Assembly (NCBI RefSeq): GCF_046119375.1
Contig: NW_027362768.1
Span: 327,856,001 to 327,920,000 of the forward strand
From: Phyllobates terribilis
Taxonomy: Eukaryota
Length of the DNA stretch: 64,000 bases
Reading direction: 5' to 3'
Each line of letters begins with the position of its first letter. Within the stretch, counting starts at the first letter, position 1. This document shows positions 26,615 to 39,341 of the stretch, piece by piece. The notes under the pieces were generated by a model. It made no database searches, was not told the DNA's origin, and saw only the letters and a program-made list of their open reading frames with translations. Made by a program: the position numbers and the translations under genes.

Positions 26615-27038
26615 ATGAAAGACCTGCTGACAACCAGGAACCAAAACAGCTGGAAGGAACTTATTGAGAAGGAAACATTAACCCGGATGACCTGGAAGAT
26701 GAAATATAATGAAGAGCACCCAACACAGCCCCAACTGGAGACCACCAGGAAGAGGAGAGAGGTCTTCATTCCTAAGGCTGTGACCAGTCTTCCTCCTCTG
26801 ATTAAGACCCCTCCAGCCCTGGTGAGCAGGACAGAAGAAAGTGATCATGACCAATTAGATATACTGAACTTAGCTGAAATGAGGCCAGTCACACCGCACA
26901 GCTCCCATGTGCTTTATGATGGGTTTTCCAAGGAGGGAAAGGGAAGGTCCTTGTATCTGCAAATGAGAAAAAGGTTGGGGCCAGAAGAGAAGTATCTGCA
27001 CCCCTTATTGTCCTCCTGGGATTATGGCTGGAGGCTAG
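26615..27038 (+). CDS. SPMIP1/ATP6V1FNB-like (DUF4555-type) protein, exon 1
   Basis: MKDLLTTRNQNSWKELIEKE..LYDGFSKEGKGRSLYL..PEEKYLHPLLSSWDYGWRL; resembles the SPMIP1 motifs LLYEGIS..GR..YL and PITTSFTYGW; donor CTAG|gtaag. Confidence 0.8.
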
Positions 27039-28023
27039 GTAAGAGGACTGGTATAAAATTAGTTACCGTATATGTTCCTAATTTAGGGTACATATCTGTG
27101 AGGATATAAATACAAAACCTGCATCATTTTTATAATTTTGCTGCTATAGACCTGTATCTTAATACTCTGGCTCTCGGGGCTACTTATGTCACCCATACTC
27201 CACGGCATAGGACCTGCTAGGACCTGAATGGACACTACAAGTCCCTATTACAACTCTGATGTCTTATAAATGGAGTTTAACGGAGAATGACCCAACTCTA
27301 GTAACAGCATAACGCTTGCATGGTCAAATATTTCCAATGTCTTGACCGAAAAGCGTAAGTATAGTATTACAAATTTAGATAAATTGGCACCGATGTAATA
27401 AATGGAAGGAGCAGGTTCCTCAAAGTGAAAAGTGTTTGCAGCAACTCTCTGCTCTGGTTCAAATGTCAGTGATTTTCTTGTATGAGAAAATTGGTTCGAG
27501 TTTCATCAGTGTTTTTTTTTATCCGAGTTTGAACAGTGTGTCAGTCTTTAGCATCTGAGTTTCATAAGTTTTTCTTGGATGAGAGACGACAAAAAAGTTT
27601 CTTTATCTTTTCTTATCTAGCAGTCTGTGAAAAACGAACAGCGCATGGATGACATCCGAGTGATGTCCAATTTTTTTTTTTTTATGACCCCATAGACTTG
27701 ATTTGTTGATTTTGATCTGACACTCAGATCAAAATCAAATAGGTTTGTTCGTTCCACAAAAAGTAATGGACATCTACTAGTATAATAGGTAAGAGTGCTA
27801 TCCATGAAAAACCTGTACGCAAGAAAATGGACGTCTGAATGAGCCCTAAGAGAGAGAGATCCTGAATAGTGAGCAGTCCCCTCTATGACATCTATATGTG
27901 CATAAAAAGTTTATGGAAAGGAACCGGTGTGAGCTTAAATTTTTCCATACATATAAGACCTACCATATGAAATAATATAGTGCCATATGGAAATTATATA
28001 CAAAATATAATTTCCATATGACA

Positions 28024-28024
<1 letters not shown>

Positions 28025-28056
<32 letters not shown>
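28025..28056. repeat. (TA)n microsatellite
   Basis: pure TA run. Confidence 0.9.
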
Positions 28057-28059
<3 letters not shown>

Positions 28060-28674
28060 CATATGACCGTATATTATTTCATATGGTTAGTTTGTGTCTT
28101 TACACCTCATCCCCATCGCCTGAAGCTTAAAAGGTCAGCATTAGGGGCGAACATACCATTAGTGCAACCTGGGCGGCGGCACAGGGGCCCGAAAAGGTAA
28201 GGGGGCCACTACCATCTCCAAAACAGGTGGAATTGTGCAAAATGATGAAGCTATTGGACTGCAAAGGTCCAAGGTTATTGTTCTTGCACAGTGGCCCCTT
28301 TAGTCTGTGTCAGCACCCGTGTCCTCCTCTGAGTGTTTTTCTGCTGCTTCACTCAGGGGAGACAGGTGCAAACCCATCACTGCCATCATCTGTACTCCAA
28401 AGGAACACATTCTGATATCAATGCAGGTGAAGTCAGGCAAATAGACTGAAGAAAAGCCAGGGTTTGGAAGCCACTTACATACATTTTTTTTTTTACAGAA
28501 AGACAAATCTCCTAATAAAGTGATTTGCAAAATGTCATACCTATCCAAGCGAAACCAAATGAATAAAAACTAAAGTTTAGTTACTCTGATATATTGATCT
28601 CAGTATGTTGATGAGTGTTAAAGTAGCACAGTGAAATTTGGTACAACATTCACCGTCCAATATCTGCATTTCAG

Positions 28675-28793
28675 GGGATGTCGTGAATGAATTTCAAACT
28701 CCGATCCACGGAAGATCCCGAATTGTGAAGGACACGTTCTACAGCAGGAACGGAATCCTGTCTATACCGTCCAGCAGTGACCGGATGCTGTGA
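28675..28793 (+). CDS. SPMIP1/ATP6V1FNB-like protein, exon 2 (not in ORF track)
   Basis: tttcag|GG; GDVVNEFQTPIHGRSRIVKDTFYSRNGILSIPSSSDRML*; phase matches exon 1 (424+119=543 nt, 180 aa); AATAAA at 29018 and 29098. Confidence 0.8.
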
Positions 28794-29222
28794 CACCTCT
28801 ATATGTGATATGGGTGCACTTTAACCTCTGTGTTACTGCTGCAATGGCTGGACTCCTTCTAAGGTTTTGCGGTGATCTTATTTCGGTTTGCTAGAAGGTC
28901 CAGGTCTTGTGGCACTAGTTCAGACACAACAATGAACCTTCTGACACTGGCCTGTTTCTGCTGTGTATAGTTTGTCATCCTTCTGATGTTTTCACTGCTT
29001 GAAACCGGCATTCAGATAATAAAAGGCAGAGTGTTACATGACACTGCAGTTAACATCGGCATACATTGTTATTTTTTGTGCATTGTATCGTCACCATAAT
29101 AACCATTTAGGAGCTGCCTTATTTCTGAGAAGTTACTAGGCAGCAGCAATACAGCCTGGATTATCACTAGTTTGCAAGTAAACCGGTTCCACCAGAGCAG
29201 AAGATTTGGCATTGTACTTTAA

Positions 29223-29676
29223 AGGAAACCTTAAATGCTATTAACCTGCGTATATAGGGTTAATCTGCAGGTTATTGATGCACGGAAGCTTTACTGAAAG
29301 TGTCTACCAGGAGGAAATTAACTTTATCCCTACTGGGAGCTGCCGGCTTTCAGTCATAGTGGCGTGCCCACAGCAGCTAGTCACTGCTCACAGCACGCCC
29401 TGGTGTGATTGACAGCTCTCTCTGTATAGATACACAGCAGAGCAGGCTGTTAAAGTGCCAGGGCGTTGCTTATCGCCGCCGCTAACTTGTACTGAGCGGT
29501 GATTGAAGCTGCTCTGTACACGCCCCATGACTGAAAGCTGCCGGCTCACAGAAGGAAAAAAGTTAATTTCCTCCCGGTGCACTTTCGGTAAGGCGGCTGA
29601 GCAACATTGTAACCTGCCGATTAACCCTATAACAACAGGGCAGGTTAAGAGCGATTGGGGATATCACAGGTTCCTT
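29223..29676. mobile_element. T2/Kolobok-type MITE
   Basis: TTAA|AGGAAACC..CAGGTTCCTT|TTAA, palindromic arms. Confidence 0.65.
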
Positions 29677-29878
29677 TTAAGACCGAACACCCTTCTAACA
29701 TACATGTTGAGGTGTTGGATAAGCTCACTGGATTTTTGACAAGCAAGAGTATTCCAAAAGGAGGTGCTTAGAGAAGAGCAATATACTGGTTAGGAGGCCA
29801 ATGCATTAGAAGATCAGAGGACTTCTGATAGAGGCACATCCAAAATATTGTAAAATAATTTAATTAGATCACAATTAA

Positions 29879-30284
29879 ACAGTTGTCCAGGACTTTAATA
29901 TTGATGATTTATCCTTAGGATAGGTCATCAATATCTGATCGTGGGGGGTGCGACACCCGGCATCCCCGCCAATCAGCTGTTCCCTATGCCGATGGCGGCC
30001 AGATGTGTTGAGTTGCGGAGATGCACAGCTAAGTCAAATACATAGTGGCCGCGGCTGAGTACTGTGCATCTGCCCCCTATTGATCTGAATAGGAGTGGAT
30101 CTGCAGTACCCGGCCGCGGCCACTATTCCATTGAAGGAGCTGTGCAGCTCCACAACTCAGCACATCCAGCCACCAGCTGCAACAGCGGATCGGTGGGATG
30201 CCAAGTGTCATACCCCCCACTGATCAGATATTGATGACCTATCCTAAGGCTAGACCATCAATATAAAAGTCCTGGACAACCCCT
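29879..30284. mobile_element. T2/Kolobok-type MITE
   Basis: TTAA|ACAGTTGTCCAGGACT..AGTCCTGGACAACCCCT; long inverted arms. Confidence 0.75.
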
Positions 30285-31815
30285 TCAATGCATTTTGAAA
30301 CCCTTTGTGGGCACTAAATCACAACAACCATGAAGAACCAGGTTGTCAGTTTGTGTACCCCATGTTTCTAATAATTTTCAGAATAAAGACTTTTTACCCC
30401 GTGAGGATCTTCTTCACATTGTATTTAAAGCCTACTGTATATCATATGGGGAAATATGGGACTCAAAAATAGATCTCCTGGAAAATCTTCATTGCAGTGC
30501 ATAGAAATTTTCACTAGTGGCCAATCCCTTCTATGTCCCCCATGAAAACACATTTAGATGCTGCGGCTCTATCCAATTCTATGTGAACACGGAGTCTTTT
30601 TGCAAAGTTTTCGGAGCAGAGCCTCAAACTTTTTGAGGAGTTTCGACTTTTTGAGGAGGATTTGGAGAGTTTACACTCATGTGCACATAGTCTAAAGAGA
30701 TCAGGGTCAGAAAACCTGTCCAAAAAAGTCTTTGCAGGATGGATTAGGTGGCGCTGTAGTCCGGGACATCTACCCTTTTTCCAGGAACCCACTAGATCAG
30801 TGTTTCCCAAACTCCAGTCCTCACGGCCCCCCACACGTCATGTTTTCAGGATTTCCTTAGTATTGCCCAGGTGATAGAAGTATTATTAAGGCATCAGAAA
30901 CTGCCACAGGTTCTCTCACCTGTGCAATACTAAGGAGATCCTGAAAACATGATGCGTTGGGGTCCGTGAGGAGAGGGTTTGGGACACACTTCACTAGATC
31001 TTCTGGGAGAATTGGCATGTATAAGTGATAGATTTATAAGCTAATCAAAGTCACGTGGTGGTAATTACTATACAAGGGTATTCTCATAGGCTGAAAATTA
31101 CAGTACTATGTATGTTAATGGGGTTTTGCAAAATATTACAGATTTTTTTTATAGATTTTAAATTGATTTTATCTATTTATATACATAGACAGTGAATAAA
31201 GCAGTGCTCACCCATGCACACTACCGCAACATTCCTACAGGGGACCTCAGTCTCATGATTATTGGAGTCCCAGCGGATGGACCCTCGGCGATCATACATT
31301 TATTCGGTGGATTCCTTTAATTGGATGCCTTACTTTAGTCAGTTCATGGATAAAATCTGTACTAAGTGAAGACAGACTTTCTCATTACTGAGATGACAGT
31401 TGGTGCTTTAAAAATTCCATGGAGGAGGGAGGAGCTAGAGGCAGACACAGACGTTTAGCTGCAAGTTCTCCTTACATGGAGAGAGGAGCTGGTGACAGAC
31501 ACTGACATTCTGTTGCAAGTTCTCCTTAAACGACAGTTACAGTTCTCCATAGAACTTTATAAGCACCAACTGTCATTTCCTATCTCAGTAATGGGAATAT
31601 CTGTTTTCACTGATTTTACCCATGGATTAAGAATTTTGAGAATGAAAGATCAGTCCAGGGGGAGAAAGAAAAATCCACTCTAAAAAGTTATTTTTTGAAA
31701 GAATAAATTAAAAGGACAGCTACTCTTTAACCTAGTGAATTCCAGCTCAAAGTCTCATTGTGTGATCACATTCATTAGTTGTTCTTTCGCTCAATTTACT
31801 TTTATGAGAAAAAGT

Positions 31816-31821
31816 TTTATT
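31816..31821 (-). terminator. Candidate DNASE1L3 poly(A) signal
   Basis: AATAAA on - strand (plus TTTATT) about 100 nt after the stop codon. Confidence 0.55.
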
Positions 31822-31921
31822 TAGTTTAGTAATTATTATTAATAATTAATATTAATGACACTTATCAATAAAAGTATCAAAATAAAAACGAGATATAGAA
31901 AACGATCCCTTCGCGACACCT

Positions 31922-32005
31922 TCATCTTGTAACCACGGACGGCTTCTTCTTACGCATGTGGGTCAACTGGAATTCCACAGGGTAGTGGTCGCTTACTTCC
32001 AGAGC
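31922..32005 (-). CDS. DNASE1L3: DNASE1L3 exon 8, stop TGA
   Basis: ttacag|GCT; ALEVSDHYPVEFQLTHMRKKKPSVVTR*; SDH catalytic motif; spliced CDS 867 nt in frame. Confidence 0.93.
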   Translation of the reverse strand, partial: ALEVSDHYPVEFQLTHMRKKKPSVVTR

Positions 32006-32092
32006 CTGTAAATATAACAGAGGATCCATTTTGCAAGCAATGACAAAAAAAATCTTTGATCAACAATGTCTGAATGATGGTGAACCACCAAC

Positions 32093-32189
32093 CTCTGCTT
32101 CTGTCAGTCCGTAGGCCTTCATGAAATCAAACACAGTTGCCGAGCCTGGCACTACATAGTTGACTAGCCTCTTGCCAAAGAGGACGATT
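32093..32189 (-). CDS. DNASE1L3: DNASE1L3 exon 7
   Basis: ttgcag|A..GAG|gttgg, 97 nt; IVLFGKRLVNYVVPGSATVFDFMKAYGLTEAE. Confidence 0.93.
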
Positions 32190-33313
32190 CTGCAATGACC
32201 AGTCAAAAATGTGGTTATAAAGCATAAGAGATTTTTTTTAATAAATATATGAAGGTGAACTGAAAAAAAGAGGCGAGTGATTGACTTTGAAGTCATCCCC
32301 TGTGCTGTTCAGCCATCTCTTTAGGGCTTACAGATATTACTAGGACATACAGATAATGTCTTAATTGTATTATTGTGCTTGTTAAAGTCTTTGCTGTCCT
32401 TTGCTGCCATCTACTGACCATGGTTATTATATGTTCTTATGTATTGCTGAAGTAATCTCCCATCATGCCCCTCTCCCTCCGTAACTCCTCCCATCTTTTT
32501 CCTCCCATCGTTTTCTTTTTGGTCAGTGCCATCTTCACAGAATCACCCATCAGAGATGGAAAGACTCTGATCACATGCACAGGAAATATTCCATACAGAT
32601 TTTTAGTACAGCTACAGAAAAAAAAAAGAGTTATCCAAAAAAATGTTGCATGTTACTTATTTTATACCCATTCTTCTTGTGAAAGCCTAGGATTACTGCC
32701 ATTGAATGAAAATAGGGCTAATCCTCATCCAGATTTATGGCAGAGCAACCTGCACATCTACAATGGAAATCTGAGAGTTACCCTTGGATTTCTGACACAG
32801 AGAACGGGAAGAGAGACCTTCAGTCATGGCCGACCGGAAGATTCTCTGCTAGGTTGAAGGAGTATTCTTAAATTGTCTCTTGAGCAGCTCACAGATGTGT
32901 GAGGTGGCTGAGATCTATGGAGTTAACTAATCTCCTGGAATGTAACTCCTGTGCACACTCGGCCGAACTCTTTGTAAACTAGCTGTACACTATGGAAGAT
33001 AAAAGCTCTCACAGAAAGAGAAAGTCAGCAGATAAAATAGCAAGTCTATTAGCCCCTTTTATGTAATAATTAGATAAAAATCAATGGGGCCAGCTATGGT
33101 TAGCCTGTGGATGGGTGGATCTGAACATTCATCTAAATGATCAAACTAGCTAGGAAGAAGCAGCACATCCTGTTGATATTTCTGGTATGAGATGCCCTGT
33201 ATACTTTACAAGCCTCTGTGAAATAATTATATATCAAAGGGATGTCATTATGTCTATTCCAACCAGTAATCCAACTGAGTGTCTGTCCGTCTGTTCCCAA
33301 CATTCCGCATTAC

Positions 33314-33471
33314 CTGTCGTAGGCACAGTTCGTGCTGCTTTTTACTGTCGTATCCACATTGTCCTCAATCAGCCAAATAAACTCTTGATTGGTCCTCAGG
33401 CGAATGTTCTTCCAATACTTCTTGGGGACATAACTACAGTCAGCGTTAAAGTCACCCATAAAGATAAAGTT
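33314..33471 (-). CDS. DNASE1L3: DNASE1L3 exon 6
   Basis: tatag|AAC..AG|gtaat, 158 nt; NFIFMGDFNADCSYVPKKYWKNIRLRT..STNCAYDR. Confidence 0.95.
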
Positions 33472-34392
33472 CTATATAAAGAAAGAAATCAGGAAATTAA
33501 GAGTCCGGAAGCCCCACATTTTTAGACATCTGCACAGTTTACATGGCTACCAAAAGGAGAAAGCATCCCCAAAAAAGAGAAAAAACACATTAGTGTTTGT
33601 GCAATGTGGAATTGAGCAAAATTTTTGCGACTTTTGGTGCTTTCACGCCTATTTTGCAGAACTGGGGTGGAACGGGAAGGGGGAACAATACCACATCTCA
33701 TCTAATTTATGATGAGCTGTGGTGTTCCTTACACTAGAAAGCTCACTCCAGTCTCTGACTGGAGTGAGATTTCTGGCGTTGCGCACAGAGGTGCACGCCA
33801 CTCGTCAGACGTTCTTGATTCATTCATAGGAGTGCACTTCTTAATGAATCCGGAGCGTCTGACGCCGACACACCCTGACATAAACATCACTGGTCTTAAT
33901 GAATCGGGCCATTGCTTCCCCCCATTTGTTGATGTGACTAGAATGGGCTAACAGAAGAGTAAGAATCTGAGCTAATAAGGCTATATCAATAAATTACGTG
34001 AGTGCCCCATGTAGTATAAAGGATTCATTACTCTCAGGATCCATAACTCAGCACATTATGAGGTAAAGAAACAGAAAACCTGAAATGTGTCAGCCGTTTA
34101 CTTCCTCCCTGCTGAGAGCGGGAAGCAGAGCTGGAACGACTGAATGTTATGCTAAATTTGTAAGTTACACACTCTCTGGCTAATCAAGGCCTACTTCACA
34201 GAAACATAGACACAGCACCAAGAAGGCCATCTTTACACCATAATAGGAGTATGGAAGATGGACAACCAGGCACCAGAATAATGGGAGTAGAAGGCTCGTA
34301 GAGACAGTGACCGGTGACCGGGCTGCAGCTCCACTGTATCTGTAACATGGTTAACAATGTTCTGTTAGGGCACAGACAGCTGGCTATATATA

Positions 34393-34660
34393 CAGTTAAG
34401 TCCATATATATTTGGACAGAGACAACATTTTTCTAATTTTGGTTCTAGACATTACCACAATGAATTTTAAACAAAACAATTCAGATGCAGTTGAAGTTCA
34501 GACTTTCAGCTTTCATTTGAGGGTATCCATATTAAAATTGGATGAAGGGTTTAGGAGTTTCAGCTCTGAACTTCAATTGTTTTGTTTAAAATTCATTGTG
34601 GTAATGTCTAGAACCAAAATTAGAAAAATGTTGTCTCTGTCCAAATATATATGGACCTAA

Positions 34661-34663
<3 letters not shown>
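34393..34663. mobile_element. Palindromic Tc1/mariner-type MITE followed by (TA)n
   Basis: CAGTTAAGTCCATATATATTTGGACAGAGAC..GTCTCTGTCCAAATATATATGGACCTAACTG, TA flanks; (TA)n at 34664-34710. Confidence 0.8.
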
Positions 34664-34716
<53 letters not shown>

Positions 34717-35547
34717 CATTCTGAGAATGGAACATAGTGCACGGACTGGCCGGCGGCTCTCCCGACCAAGTGTGACCGCTGCATAGAAATATATGTAGCT
34801 GTCACACTCAGGTCAGGAGAGCTGCCGGCCAGTCCATGCACTGCGATCCGATCTCTGTCCGATTTATACGGCCGTCTGACTCTTCACTTAGAGAAATAAG
34901 AAGTAGATGACTAAGGGCTCTTTCACACATCATCAGTTTTTTGGTAGATGTGCCATCAATTATTTTTAGTGGTAGGTCACACAGACATTACAAGCAGTGT
35001 GCTTATCACATTCCCTTTTTAGAAAACTGATTGTCAGCAACATGCTCAGACTGGCCCACAGGGGAACAGGAGAGTCCTCCGGTAGGCCGCCCCTGTGAAG
35101 GAGTGCTGATGAGCAGTGCTATTACACTTTATTCACAATTTGCAGAGAAGGTATAATCTAATCATTCATTAAACAAGCTAGCCATACTAATATTACATAG
35201 AAGAGTAAATTTGTGTACTAGGTTCAGCTGAACAGTGGGCCACAAGAATCCATGTTATTGGTGGGCCTTTGCCAACCCAATCTGACACTGGTCTGCAAAG
35301 AAAAGAAGTGGAGTCATGTCCGACTTTGATCAGTCAAAGTACTCGTCGGTGCAAGCTAACGTCCCTGTGGAAGAAAATCGGAGAGCGCACGCATGCCATC
35401 CATGTGTTGCCAGTATTTTACAGTTTAATGGATAAGAGAAACTAAGATTTTTTCTTCACGCAAAAAAACACTACATGCAACAAGGATTGTAAAATTTGGC
35501 ACATGGACCAAAAAATGAGTCCAGCACACTGAAAAAAATACTAAATA

Positions 35548-37118
35548 CACTGCTCAAAAAATAAAGGGAACACTTAAACCACAGAATATAACTCCAAGTA
35601 AATCAAACTGCTGTGAAATCAAACTGTCCACTTAGGAAGCAACACTGATTGACAATCAATTTCACATGCTGTTGTGCAAATGGAATAGACAATAGATGGA
35701 AATTATTGGCAATTATCAAGACACCCTCAATAAAGGAGTGGTTCCGCTGGTGGGGACCACAGACCACATCTCAGTACCAATGCTTTCTGGCTGATGTCTT
35801 GGTCACTTTTGAATGTTGGTTGTGCTTTCACACTCGTGGTAGCATGACACGGACTCTACAACCCACAGAAGTTGCTCAGGTAGTGCAGCTCATCCAGGAT
35901 GGCACATCAATGCGAGCTGTGGCAAGAAGGTTTGCTGTGTCTGTCAGTGCAGTGTCCAGAGGCTGGAGGCACTACCAGGAGACAGGCCAGTACACCAGGA
36001 GACGTGGAGGGGGCCATAGGAGGGCAACAACCCAGCAGCAGGACTGCTACCTCCGCCTTTGTGCAAGGAGGAACAGGAGGAGCACTGCCAGAGCCCTGCA
36101 AAATTACCTCCAGCAGGCCACAAATGTGAATGTGTCTGCACAAACGGTTAGAAACTGACTCCATGAGGGTGGTATGAGGGCCCGACGTACACAGATGAGG
36201 TTTGTGCTCACAGCCCAACACCATGCAGGACGCTTGGCATTTTCCACAGAACACCAGGATTGGCAAAGTCACCACTGGTGCCCTGTGCTCTTCACAGATG
36301 AAAGCAGGTTCACACTGAGCACATGTGACAGAGTCTGGAGACGCCGTGGAGAGCGATCTGCTGCCTGCAACATCCTTCAGCATGACCGGTTTGGCAATGG
36401 GTCAGTAGTGGTCTGGGGTGGCATTTCTTTGGAGGGCCTCACAGCCCTCCATGTGCTTGCCAGAGGTAGCCTGACTGCCATTAGGTACCCAGATGAGATC
36501 CTCAGACCCCTTGTGAGACCATATGCTGGTGCGGTTGGCCCTGGGTTCCTCCTAATGCAGGACAATGCCAGACCTCATGTGGCTGGAGTGTGTCAGCAGT
36601 TCCTGCAAGATAAAGGCATTGAAGCTATGGACTGGCCCGCCCGTTCCCCAGACCTGAATCCGATTGAGCACATCTGGGACATCATGTCTCGCTCCATCCA
36701 CCAACATCACGTTGCACCACAGACTGTCCAGGAGTTGGCGGATGCTTTAGTCCAGGTCTGGGAGGAGATCCCACAGAAGACCATCCACAACCTCATCAGG
36801 AGCATGCCCAGGCGTTGTAGGGAAGTCATACAGGCACGTGGAGGCCACACACAATACTCAGCCTCATTTTGACTTGTTTTAAGGACATTACATCAAAGTT
36901 GGATCAGCCTGTAGTGTGTTTTTCCACTTTAATTTTGGGGGTGACTCCAAATCCAGGCCTCCATTGGTTAATAAATGTGATTTCCATTGATGATTTTTGT
37001 GTGATTTTGTTGTCAGCACATTCAACTTTGTACAGAACAAAGTATTCAATGAGAATATTTCATTCATTCAGATCTAGGATGTGTTATTTGAGTGTTCCCT
37101 AGATTTTTTTGAGCAGTG
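35548..37118 (+). mobile_element. Tc1-family DNA transposon (DD34E), full length, 1571 bp, in DNASE1L3 intron 5
   Basis: TIRs CACTGCTCAAAAAA..GGGAACACT, TA TSD; FTDESRF, MQDNARPH, SPDLNPIE with 34 residues between D and E. Confidence 0.95.
35844..36872 (+). pseudogene. Tc1 transposase with in-frame stop at 36156-36158
   Basis: HTH N-terminus ([20 protein letters not shown]..) and DDE domain share one frame, separated only by TGA. Confidence 0.9.
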
Positions 37119-37376
37119 TATTTTTCAAGTACAAGAAAAATAACCTGACATGTAAAACTGTTTTAAAGCGAAGACAGATGAGCTTAGAAGGGAAATAATC
37201 TACCAGAGATGTACAGTGCATTAGGCTTCATTCACATGGCCATATTATGATCCATAATGTGGAGTCCACAGGGTGCAATAGGAACCTCCGACTTTATATG
37301 GTCAATAGAGATTTATAAACAGAAATTTGTATTCTCCAACTAACGTTCATGTTTTATAATTTTTCAGCCTAATTAA

Positions 37377-37758
37377 AGAAGTTGTCCACTACTTTTTTAT
37401 TGACGCCCCATCCTTAGGATAAGGCATCAATGTCTGATCGGTTGGGGTCCCACACCCGGGAAGCCCAGAGATCAGCTGTTCTCAGTGTCAGCTGCTGGAA
37501 CTGCTCGGTTATGGAGCTGCTCCATCTTCTGATAGTGGCCGCGGCAGGGTACTGCACATCCGCCTCCTATTAATTTGAATAGGATGCAGACGTGTAGTAC
37601 CCGGCCACTATCAGAAGATGGAGCAGCTCCACAATCGAGCAGTTCCGGCTGGCGGCCACCGACACCTATAACAGCTGATCGGCAGGGGTGCCGGGTGTTG
37701 GACATTGATGACCAATCCTAAGGATAGGTCAGCAATGAAAAAGTAGTGGACAACCTCT
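37377..37758. mobile_element. T2/Kolobok-type MITE
   Basis: TTAA|AGAAGTTGTCCACTACTT..AAGTAGTGGACAACCTCT|TTAA. Confidence 0.8.
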
Positions 37759-38148
37759 TTAAATCAAACATGCAAGTAGAGGTGTTTTCACCTCTACTTT
37801 CGGTAGCTTGACAAATACTTATGGTGTGTAGTGGACACACTGATGGGATTTGGCTCTGCTAGGCGGTTCGAGCACTCATCACGTGACCACGAGTATGCAA
37901 TTTGCATGTTCTGTCTAGCTTCTCATCTCCTTCTCTCAATGACCTATGCGAATCACATACGTGTGGTCATGTCATGACCTCCCCTAACCAGCTAACAGAG
38001 CCAAATCCTAACAGTGTGCACATTACACAATGATCATATTCAACAAGCTTAGGGGTGGAAGACCCCTTAAATGTGACTTGCAGAGACAATTATACTGGTT
38101 ATTATCATTATAACATTGTGTAATGACAGGATATTGTCCCAGACAAAC

Positions 38149-38252
38149 CTCAGCGTTCCATTTCTGCCTGACATCAAGATATACATCATAAAGTTCATCA
38201 ATTTCACGGACGGCAGCCTCGGGTGTTGTATGCTGAGGGATGATCACAAATT
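38149..38252 (-). CDS. DNASE1L3: DNASE1L3 exon 5 (catalytic His; acceptor position inferred)
   Basis: ccccaaag|AA..GAG|gtttg, 104 nt; EFVIIPQHTTPEAAVREIDELYDVYLDVRQKWNAE. Confidence 0.85.
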
Positions 38253-39341
38253 CTTTGGGGAGAAATATGGAATAAATGAATCACATTAAAGTTTTATATA
38301 TGCATCTGACGTACAAGGTGACTCGCATGTCCATAGTTTATTGCACCAGGAGCGGACAGACAGAAGAGGACCCCTGCGCAAAAACATTCTATGGGCACTT
38401 TGCAGTTAAAAATGTGTCTGTGACAGATGCTACTTTAGAGGTGAAAGTGGGCCTTTTATTTTCCCCTGGATTTCATGCCCCCATCATTGGGCATCCAGTG
38501 TGCACACTTCACGTCCAGCTCTTGACACATAGTGCGCATGCACCGGATTGGGCTTACTGACAAGGTACTAAATTTACTAAATCAGGGCACAGTCAGCCTT
38601 ATAAATCAGATCGACATCGAACTGCAATTCTCGGACTGGCCAGCGGCTCTACCAACTCAAGCATGACAGCTTTATGTATTTCTATGCAACTGTTATCCTC
38701 TGGTCGGGAGAGCCGCCGGCCAGTCCGAGCATTGTGATCTGATCTCTGTCCATGTCATGTCCCATGATTTGGGAACCATACAGACAATGTTGTATTGTCA
38801 TTGTGTTATGTTGCTACGCAATAAGGTTTGCCTCTGTTTGGAAGTTTGTCCTTCCTATCTCTCCCTTTAGCTCTGAAGTCAGCAACCCCTCCCTTCTTCC
38901 TCATTCTTCTTCCTCATTCACTGTCTGTCAGCCATCTTAGAAGCCCATGTGTTTTCAGCGCTGGTTCATTAAGGTCTTTACCTACTGTAATTGTGCATAT
39001 CTACAAGAATTCAGCTGGAAAATGAACCTTCTTCTGGAATCTTCATATGTGCCTCCTGCAGTCGAGTTCAAGCTATCTGATGATATATCTTCTCGTGAGT
39101 AATGGTTCAAGGAGACCAACGGTGTCTCAAGCGCCCTACACGCTGAGCTTAGTTATGGAGTCAGAATAGTCCAATTTATATGGCCATCTGACTTGCGCCC
39201 TCATAGTAGGATGGACCACACCTTAAAATATGTCGGCAAGTGCCTTTGGACATCAAAAATACAGAAGAGATACAAGAATAATACTGATACTTCCATGAAG
39301 AGTTCACTCTTCATACCTGTTATAATGATGACGGATCTTAC

